From assembly GCA_002269645.1 (NCBI GenBank), contig NIVC01000001.1, forward strand, positions 558,001-622,000: a DNA stretch of 64,000 bases, in the 5' to 3' direction. A program made the translations under genes and the position numbers. The notes under the pieces were generated by a model. The model searched no databases and was not told the DNA's origin. It saw nothing but the letters and a program-made list of their open reading frames with translations. This DNA comes from Macrostomum lignano. Its lineage: Eukaryota. Positions 24,590-64,000 of this stretch are shown here, piece after piece; positions within the stretch are counted from its first letter, which is position 1; the number at the start of each line of letters is the position of its first letter.

Positions 24590-26270
24590 CTGAATCTCTC
24601 CTGAATCTCTCCTTCTGACTCTCTCCCCTCTGAATCTTCTTCTGTCTGAATCTCTCCCTCTGAATCTGATCATCTGACTCTCTCTGTCTGAGTCTGATCA
24701 CCTGACTCTCTCTGCATGCCTCTTAATCTGATCATCTGACTCTCTCTGCCTCTTAATCTGATCACCTGACTCTCTCTGTCTCTTAATCTGATCACCTGAC
24801 TCTCTCTGCCTCTTAATCTGATCATCTGACTCTCTCTGCATCTTAATCTGATCATCTGACTCTCTCTGCCTCTTAATCTGATCACCTGACTCTCTCTGTC
24901 TGAGTCTGATCACCTGACTCTCTCTGCCTCTTAATCTGATCATCTGACTCTCTCTGCCTCTTAATCTGATCATCTGACTCTCTCTGCCTCTTAATCTGAT
25001 CACCTGACTCTCTCTGCCTCTTAATCTGATCACCTGACTCTCTCTGTCTGAGTCTGATCACCTGACTCTCTCTGCCTCTTAATCTGATCATCTGACTCTC
25101 TCTGCCTCTTAATCTGATCATCTGACTCTCTCTGCCTCTTAATCTGATCATCTGACTCTCTCTGCCTCTGAATCTGATCACCTGACTCTCTCTGTCTGAG
25201 TCTGATCACCTGACTCTCTCTGCCTCTTAATCTGATCATCTGACTCTCTGCCTCTTAATCTGATCATCTGACTCTCTCTGCCTCTGAATCTGATCATCTG
25301 ACTCTCTCTGTCTGAGTCTGATCATCTGACTCTCTGCCTATTAATCTGATCATCTGACTCTCTGCCTATGAATCTGATCATCTGACTCTCTGCCTCTTAA
25401 TCTGATCATCTGACTCTCTGCCTCTTAATCTGATCATCTGACTCTCTAGCTGCCTCTTAATCTGATCATCTGACTCTCTCTGTCTCTTAATCTGATCATC
25501 TGACTCTCTGCCTCTTAATCTGATCACCTGACTCTCTCTGCCTCTTAATCTGATCATCTGACTCTCTCTGCCTCTTAATCTGATCATCTGAATCTCTCTC
25601 TGCCTCTTAATCTGATCACCTGACTCTCTCTGCCTCTTAATCTGATCATCTGACTCTCTCTGTCTCTTAATCTGATCATCTAACTCTCTCTGTCTCTTAA
25701 TCTGATCATCTGACTCTCTCTTGCCTCTTAATCTGATCATCTGACTCTCTCTGCCTCTTAATCTGATCATCTGAATCTCTCTCTGCCTCTTAATCTGATC
25801 ACCTGACTCTCTCTGCCTCTTAATCTGATCATCTGACTCTCTCTGTCTCTTAATCTGATCATCTGACTCTCTCTGTCTCTTAATCTGATCACCTGACTCT
25901 CTCTGCCTCTTAATCTGATCATCTGACTCTCTCTGCCTCTTAATCTGATCATCTGACTCTCTCTCTGCCTCTGAATCTGATCATCTGACTCTCTCTCTGC
26001 CTCTGAATCTGATCATCTGACTCTCTCTCTGCCTCTTAATCTGATCACCTGACTCTCTCTGCCTCTTAATCTGATCATCTGACTCTCTCTGTCTGAATCT
26101 GATCATCTGACTCTCTCTCCCTCTGACTCTCTCCCTCTGAATCTCATCTGACTCTCCCTCTAAACATCTGACTCTCCCTTTGACTCTCTTCCTCTGAATC
26201 TCATCTGACTTTCCCTCTGAACATCTGACTCTCCCTCCGAATCTCTCCCTCTGACTCTCTCCCTCTGAAT
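24590..26270. repeat. ~32-bp minisatellite (CTCTCTGCCTCTTAATCTGATCATCTGACT) between the divergent XRRA1 and DDR starts
   Basis: About 1.7 kb of tandem copies. Confidence 0.95.
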
Positions 26271-27388
26271 CCCATCAAAGTCTTACTTTTTAGTCTTTTT
26301 TATGGCAAGTCTTCACATTTTTTCAAAATTGTATTCTGTAATCTTTTTAGTTAGAACTTGGGACAAACAAAAGATTAACAAAGACTAGTTCAAATGTAGA
26401 AACTCAGTGCATAGACCTTTGTATTATATGCGTAGCTTCTGTTGAAAAGCCAATCAACTCACACCGCTTCACTTTAATTTCTTTGCATTATATTGACTCA
26501 ATTTGGCTTTGGATACATTTTAAAAGGCAAAGCGGCGCTGAAATAAAATTTAGTCCAAGTGTGCTGGAATATTTTTGCCTAAAATGGCGGAACCAACTTT
26601 TCATTACAATTTAATTAACTGGATTACTTGAGTTACCGTATTTTATTGCCCGTAAATAGCTTTATTCGCTGCCAGAATATTGCGACGATATAGGATCAAT
26701 ATTTAGTAACTAAGCTTATAAAAAGAAAGAAAGCTTATAAAAGCAAACTGCTTGGCAGAAATAATTAGTAAATGATTCACATGCTAGGATGATAGCTTGG
26801 CTAGCTAGACATTTTTATAGAAAAAATAGCTTAACTTTGGGTAGATTTCCGCTTTTTTTGTTTCACTCTCTAGTCTGGCCTCTGGTCTCTATCTATAGGC
26901 TAATACTAGCATAGCACAGAAAATCGAAGAGCGAGTCAAGAGAGTTTAATTTCAAGAACTTGTGTTCCCTTATTTGTCCACATTTCTATTGTGCGTACAT
27001 TAGTCACTTTATTAGTCTCACACAAGGCTGGTCCCCTGCCCGAGCGATCTTTTGGCCCTAAATGGTCAGAGTGGGGGGTTGGGGCGCAAAATTGCCTCCG
27101 CGATCGTTGATTGGCTGCAGCAGCTTTGGGGCCCCCGTCCACTCCACCCCCAATCTTCCTTTCCCCCAGCCCCAGAGAGGTATAATAAATAAGGCCTACA
27201 GGCCCAAATTCTTCAACCCCAATGCCCTTGTCCCCGGCCCACAAATAGGGACCTGCCGCTTGAGTACCCCGTTTGCCTTGTCTGCACTGTTTTCACAAGT
27301 GTCAGGATTTTAAGTAACTACAGCCGTCCGTATTTATCGTTGAATTCAATCCGAAACTTAACACGTAAATGAGAGAGATCGCATCGAC

Positions 27389-57691
<30,303 letters not shown>

Positions 57692-57891
57692 CTGTTGCTA
57701 GGGCCCGTTGCTAAGGGCGCTAGTGGCGTGCCTATTACCGGTAGGATGCTATATCCCTTGCCAACCGTTGCTAGGGGCACGGCTGTTACTAGGGAAACTA
57801 CGAGTGTTAAGAGTCTATAGATATTGCTTCGGAATTCCACTGCATTCTTAAACGGCTTCAGTATAAAAGAGTTTTTTTTCGGGGCAAATGC

Positions 57892-57897
57892 AATAAA
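57892..57897 (+). terminator. Putative DDR polyadenylation signal
   Basis: AATAAA 200 bp after the stop codon, followed by U-rich sequence. Confidence 0.5.
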
Positions 57898-58482
57898 AAA
57901 AGCATTCATTGCTTCTGTTATGCAGCGCAGGCAGTCTTAATGTATTTTCTGTAGCAAAGCAGCTCTGCATTGATGTCGTGAGAAGTTCGGGGCTTTTAGC
58001 ATCTCATCTTTCTTAATTTTTTATCGTCCAGCCTCTATTCCGCATCTGCATTCCCTGCTATCGCTACTCAATTACTAGCAGTAGTAGGAGTTGCGTTTTT
58101 ATTAACTTTTTGGCTAGGGACGGAAATCTGCGACTTAAATTTGTTTACTGATGATGACTTTTGCTGACAATAATAATATATTTTTATGCAAATAATAATA
58201 TGTTGTTTTGCAGTTTTTATCAATTTTGTGTTTTTTCAATTGATACTATCGCAATTTTACTTGTCAGTAAATTGTATGTACTAATCCGTATATATATATA
58301 TGTATATTCAAAATAATATTCTATTTTTGGCTGCAAATTTTGCGTTCCGCTCTGTACATATTTAGCGCAATCTGTCAATGTTAGATTTAGTCCTTTTTCG
58401 GTTTGTACGAATTTCAAAAAGCAGTGTTAATAAGCGCTTTTGAGGCTTTCTAACTGACTTAGCTGGGCTGTATGTCTTGCGT

Positions 58483-58900
58483 GGGTGTGCGGAGTGAGGA
58501 GGGTGAGTGGAGTGAGGTGGGTGTGCGGAGTGAGGTTGGTGTGCGGAGTGAGGTGGGTGTGCGGAGTGAGGAGGGTGTGCGGAGTGAGGTGGCTGTGCGG
58601 AGTGAGGTGGGCGTGCGGAGTGAGGTGGGTGCGCGGAGTGAGGTGGGTGCGCGGAGTGAGGTGGGTGAGCGGAGTGAGGTGGGTGAGCGGAGTGAAGTGG
58701 GTGCGCGGAGTGAGGTGGGTGCGCGGAGTGAGGTGGGTGAGCGGAGTGAGGTGGGTGAGCGGAGTGAGGTGGGTGAGCGGAGTGAGGTGTGTGAGCGGAG
58801 TGAGGTGAGTGTGCGGAGTGAGGTGGGTGCGCGGAGTGAGGTGGGTGCGCGGAGTGAGGTGAGTGTGCGGAGTGAGGTGGGTGCGCGGAGTGAGGTGGGT
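58483..58900. repeat. 18-bp minisatellite (GTGCGGAGTGAGGTGGGT), inverted copy of the 19835-20112 family
   Basis: The reverse complement of its unit matches CCACCTCACTCCGCAC. Confidence 0.95.
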
Positions 58901-59504
58901 GTAGAGATCGGCCCAATTGGCGAGTCCCATGCACAGATAGAATCCGGCTAAAAAGATACTTACTCGCATTTACGCAACGCGGTTATTCTATGAAACTCCT
59001 TTGTTCGGCTACGACCGATTCGACGGTCCCAGATTGCCCTCCATGCGGCCCTGTGTAAAATCTGTGCGATCAGTTTGCTTGGCAATATATTATACTGTAT
59101 CGCTTTGCTATAAAACAGTTCAACATAAAAGTGCTCCAAATGCAGTATTTGTATCTTTCGCCGATTAGGTCTGACCATCCATTTAATGTTGTAACTATTT
59201 TGGACAGCAATTGTTCATGCTAAAATGATTCTGTTGTCCATCACTGTTTGCGCCATTTACCTTTCCCGTGTTTATTGATTTGCAAACTGCTGAACATTGC
59301 TACTGATAGCCCATGAAATCGCTCTCTGTGTAAATTCATATATAACCATACTGACCACTACAGAATTCATTCTTATATATATTAATAATACTATATAAAG
59401 TACAACTGACGACAGTGACTGAATCCGGCAATTGCCTTCTGTTACGAATTCTCTTGAAATTCTTGGCTTTTATGTTTTTATGACTGTCATTTGAAAATGA
59501 CGTC

Positions 59505-60652
59505 AAATCGATTTAGTTTCAACTCGGGGTCAGGTAAGGTCAAATCGATTTAGTTTCTAGCCAGGTCACATAAGGTCAAATCGATTTAGTTTCAAGTCTG
59601 GTCAGGTAAGGTCGAATCGATTAATTTTTAAGTCGGGGTCAGGTAAGGTCACATCGATTTAGTTTCAAGTCAGGGTTAGGTAAGGTCAAATCAATTTAGT
59701 TTCTATTTGGGGTCAGGTAAGGTCAAATCGATTTTGTTTCTAGCCGGGTCAATTAAGGTCAAATCAATTTAGTTTTTATTCGGGGTCAGTTAAGGTCAAA
59801 TCGATTTAGTTTCTATTCGGCGTCAGTTAAGGTCAAATCAATTTAGTTTTTATTCGGGGTCAGTTAAGGTCAAATCGATTTAGTTTCTACTCGGGGTCAG
59901 GTAAGGTCAAATCGATTTATTTTCCATTCGGGGTCAGGTAAGGTCAAATCGATTTAGTTTCTAGCCAGGTCAGGTAAGGTCAAATCGATTTAGTTTCAAG
60001 TCTGGTCAGGTAAGGTCAAATCGATTAATTTTTAAGTCGGGGTCAGGTAAGGTCACATCGATTTAGTTTCAAGTCAGGGTCAGGTAAGGTCAAATCAATT
60101 TAGTTTCTATTTGGGGTCAGGTAAGGTCGAGTCAAATCGATTTTGTTTCTAGCCGGGTCAATTAAGGTCAAATCGATTTAGTTTCCATTCGGGGTCAGGT
60201 AAGGTCAAATTGATTTTGTTTCAAGTCTGGTCAGGTAAGGTCAAATCGATTAATTTTTAAGTCGGGGTCAGGTAAGGTCACATCGATTTAGTTTTTTTTC
60301 GGGGTCAGTTAAGGTCAAATCGATTTAGTTTCTATTCGGGGTCAGTTAAGGTCAAATCAATTTAGTTTTTATTCTTATTTTTATTTGAGGTAAGGTCAAA
60401 TTGATTTTGTTTCAAGTCTGGTCAGGTAAGGTCAAATCGATTAATTTTTAAGTCGGGGTCAGGTAAGGTCAAATCGATTTAGTTTTTATTCGGGGTCAGT
60501 TAAGGTCAAATCGATTTAGTTTCTATTCGGGGTCAGTTAAGGTCAAATCAATTTAGTTTTTATTCGGGGTCAGTTAAGGTCAAATCGATTTAGTTTCTAC
60601 TCGGGGTCAGGTAAGGTCAAATCGATTTATTTTCCATTCGGGGTCAGGTAAG
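59505..60652. repeat. 36-37-bp satellite (GGGGTCAGGTAAGGTCAAATCGATTTAGTTTCTATTC), block 1
   Basis: Tandem diverged copies; the family resumes at 62638-63002. Confidence 0.95.
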
Positions 60653-60952
60653 TGCAGTGACGGTTCGTTGGTTTGTTAGCATGGGTAACTGTGTGCGGTT
60701 TGTTGCTTGGCTTTATTCAATTAGACTTTATTCTGCTAACTTAGTCACTTAACTTTATTTAATTCCAAACTTCTGTAAATGTAAAACAATGCGTACTCTG
60801 TGCAATTCAGTGTACATCATTGCGCTAGCCTTGCCTCGCCCCTTAAGTCTCTCCACTTACTCAGCAATGTAATGCACCAGTGAAGTTCAATATTCACAAT
60901 ATTTTACTATAGCACTCGATCTGTGTTTCGTCAAGCAACTTAGACTACTCTA

Positions 60953-62567
60953 CACCATTTTACCCTCGATTTTGAACAAGGAGAACTTCGAAACTGACAA
61001 ACTCCTCTTCAATATTGACAATCTATGGTCGGGCACTCAAAATCTACAATCAATATTGACAGATCAAGCTTCAATTTTGACAAACTCTGGTTCAATTTTG
61101 ACAATGCACGTTTAGTCAACTTCTCCTTGGAGAATTCGGTAACAAAATAATCCAATGAAAACCTGAACGGGGCTGAAGTTATCTGTGCAAAATCAGCTCA
61201 TTCTGACTTTGCTTTCGGGATCTACAAGTATTGATAAAGTTTATTTTTCTCCATCATTTTACACACACAGACTAAAATAGCCTGACTGGTTGGGCCGCAA
61301 AGTCCGATTCTATTTTGACAGAGTTGCTTCAAAACTGACACTCCATGGTTTGTGTACCCCGAAAGTCCGCTTCATTTTTGACAACTCCGAATCAATATTG
61401 AACAGTTTACAATCAGTTTTGACTGCTACCTTATTACGTCAGTTCTTGGTTGTGTATTTTTCAGAAAAATACCGTAAACACGTAGCACTGTTAATGGTTC
61501 AAAAGAAGTATTGTACTCATATTTTTAAATAACACGCAGATGTTAGATTTCTAGGTTAGGTTAGGTATCTGGACATTGGCGGCGAAAGCTTGCAGCACAG
61601 CGGGCACGATTTCGTATGCCGTGGTCCTCCTGATTCTTTATCCCCAACTGATTGGCCAGGTGCACAAAGTCGTCTCGGTTCTCATGAGCAGAAATCAGGC
61701 GCTGTCGGTCCTGTTTGCAGGTTTTTGCAGGTCTTCGATTTTTGCGGCGGCCAGCTAGGCTGTTTCTGCTCCTCTTCAAAAAACCTTCAGTGGCGGTCGC
61801 TATCAATCAGCCTGGCTAAATAAGTGCTTCAGATTAGCGATTAAGTGACAAACACAAGCAGAGCAAGAACTGCTGTTTTCATGCTCTTTTGAATTCCTCT
61901 GTGCCAAGATGTGCATTCGTTGGTCTGACCAACCATCTATGATAAAAACTGAAACGTATAGCCAATTAGATTCGAGGCGCAGGCTGCCTCAAGACATGGA
62001 CAAAAAACAAACTGCCATAGACAAAAGACTGCCTCGAAATTTCCAAGCTTGACGATGCTTTGTCAAAATTGTCAAAATTTTAGTCAAAAAGTCTTAGTCA
62101 AAACTGATTGTAAACTGTTCAATATTGATTCGGAGTTGTCAAAAATGAAGCGGACTTTCGGGGTACACAAACCATAGAGTGTCAGTTTTGAAGCAACTCT
62201 GTCAAAATAGAATCGGACTTTGCGGCCCAACCAGTCAGGCTATTTTAGTCTGTGTGTGTAAAATGATGGAGAAAAATAAATTTTATCAATACTTGTAGAT
62301 CCCGAAAGCAAAGTCAGAATGAGCTGATTTTGCACAGATAACTTCAGCCCCGTTCAGGTTTTCATTGGATTATTTTGTTACCGAATTCTCCAAGGAGAAG
62401 TTGACTAAACGTGCATTGTCAAAATTGAACCAGAGTTTGTCAAAATTGAAGCTTGATCTGTCAATATTGATTGTAGATTTTGAGTGCCCGACCATAGATT
62501 GTCAATATTGAAGAGGAGTTTGTCAGTTTCGAAGTTCTCCTTGTTCAAAATCGAGGGTAAAATGGTG
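60953..62567 (-). mobile_element. Non-autonomous Tc1/mariner(IS630)-like element with 472-bp terminal inverted repeats
   Basis: 60953-61424 is the near-perfect reverse complement of 62096-62567, with TA on both flanks (60951-60952, 62568-62569). Internal minus-strand peptide 'KQDRQRLISAHENRDDFVHLANQLGIK' (61561-61806) resembles a transposase N-terminal HTH; no catalytic domain. Confidence 0.85.
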
Positions 62568-62637
62568 TACTACTGCAAATATATCGCAAGAATTTATACT
62601 CGCTTAAACAACATTCGATTTCTGACTTTCGCGTCAC

Positions 62638-63002
62638 GTCAGTAAGGTCAAATCGATTTAGTTTCCATTCGGGGTCAGGTAAGGTCAAATCGATTTAGTT
62701 TCAAGTCTGGTCAGGTAAGGTCGAATCGATTAATTTTTAAGTCGGTGTCAGGAAAGGTCACATCGATTTAGTTTCAAGTAGGGTCAGTAAAGGTCAAAAT
62801 AGATTATTTCTATTCGGGGTCAGATAAGGTCAAATCAATTTAGTTTCTATTCGGGTTCAGGTAAGGTCAAATCGATTTAGTTTCAAGTCGATTCGGGCCA
62901 GGTAAGGTCAAATCGATTTAGTTTCTATTCGGGGTCAGGTAAGGTCAAATCGATTTAGTTTCAAGCCGGGGTCAAATAAGTAAGGTCAAATCGATTCGGT
63001 TT
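62638..63002. repeat. 36-37-bp satellite, block 2 (same family as 59505-60652)
   Basis: Same GGTCAGGTAAGGTCAAATCGATTTAGTTTC core. Confidence 0.93.
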
Positions 63003-63527
63003 CAAGACTGGCTGATTCGTGTCACAAATCGTTCCCAATGAGGCTCGCACCTCTTCATCGCAATCCCGAGTCAAGCAAATGTGCCAAACATGCCAAATGT
63101 TGAAGCAGAAAATTCCGTTTAAAACCATGATAGACCCTCGCTCAAGTAAACCATTATGGAGGCAGGCTGTAAAGGCACGGTTTATTATAGGGGCAGTGAA
63201 ACAATAAATTAGATCGGGTGAGATTTCAGTCGCTTCCAGAAAATTTTAGCGGCAAAGGTGAGCGACAAATAACGGCAGAGCGCATGCAGGTAACATGCAA
63301 ATAAACAACAAGTGGAGTTAATTAGGGAGAATTTGAGGAGAGGCGCGTGCAGTGCGGTGCTAAGTAAGATCACGTGATCCCAGTAATGGTATTTCTTCTT
63401 AGCACGTATTGAGCTAAGGGGAAAGCGTTTGTAAAATTTGCATTGATAATAATAAGTTCACTAAGGCTAACGTGCAGCAGATCTTAATAAAATCTATAGC
63501 ATACTACTTAGTAAGTAGTTTTGAATA

Positions 63528-64000
63528 CCAGGAGTGACAGATGAGGGCAGGGGAATCACGGGTGTGACAGATGAGGGCAGGGGAATCACGGGTGTGACAG
63601 ATTAGGGCAGGGGAATCACAGGTGTGACAGATTAGGGCAGGGGAATCACAGGTGTGACAGATGAGGGCAGGGGAATCACAGGAGTGAAAGATGAAGGCAG
63701 GGGAATCACAGGAGTGACAGATGAGGGCAGGGGAATCACAGGAGTGAAAGATGAAGGCAGGGGAATCACAGGAGTGACAGATGAGGCCAGGGGAATCACA
63801 GGAGTGACAGATGAGGGCAGGGGAATCACACGAGTGACAAATGAGGGCAGGGGAATCACAGGAGTGAAAGATGAAGGCAGGGGAATCACAGGAGTGACAG
63901 ATGAGGCCAGGGGAATCACAGGAGTGACAGATGAGGGCAGGGGAATCACAGGAGTGACAGATGAGGGCAGGGGAATCACGGGTGTGACAGATGAGGGCAG
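63528..64000. repeat. 30-bp minisatellite (GGAGTGACAGATGAGGGCAGGGGAATCACA), runs off window end
   Basis: Tandem copies seen directly. Confidence 0.95.

Noticed and set aside
59505-60652. CRISPR-like array (conserved core with variable segments)
   Set aside because: Variable parts are only about 5-9 nt and recur; there are no unique spacers, no cas genes, and the context is eukaryotic.
61553-61567. Telomere-like TTAGG x3, and CCCCAA/CCTAAA motifs in the 1612 and 54410 arrays
   Set aside because: Too short, or embedded in longer non-telomeric units.

Overview
Eukaryotic (invertebrate animal) genomic DNA: short GC-rich exons set in introns packed with about 30 different mini/microsatellite arrays (roughly 20 kb, about 30% of the window by my rough sum). 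That architecture suggests a free-living flatworm such as Macrostomum, but this is inference only. I reconstructed four spliced protein genes by hand from GT-AG boundaries and phase continuity. (1) A 5'-truncated CUB + C-type-lectin-like + transmembrane receptor (+, 1-3482). (2) MED26 (-, 6683-13064). (3) XRRA1 (-, 14313-~21560), which has a ~155-codon polyQ/E tract and an unexplained frame break at an (AG)12 microsatellite. (4) A complete 9-exon discoidin domain receptor tyrosine kinase (+, 27389-57691, 1033 aa). Mobile DNA includes two non-autonomous Tc1/mariner elements, a hAT MITE with an 8-bp TSD, a degenerate hAT/Charlie-like foldback, a tRNA-derived SINE and a probable solo LTR. The most intriguing signals are: a satellite whose unit is a nuclear-receptor DR4 element (about 25 perfect copies), other arrays carrying AP-1 or RGGTCA motifs, an apparent excess of AP-1 sites in DDR introns, a candidate unannotated minus-strand spliced transcript convergent with DDR, and a possible XRRA1-MED26 operon-like pair. 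Most long ORFs in the supplied track are tandem-repeat artefacts.
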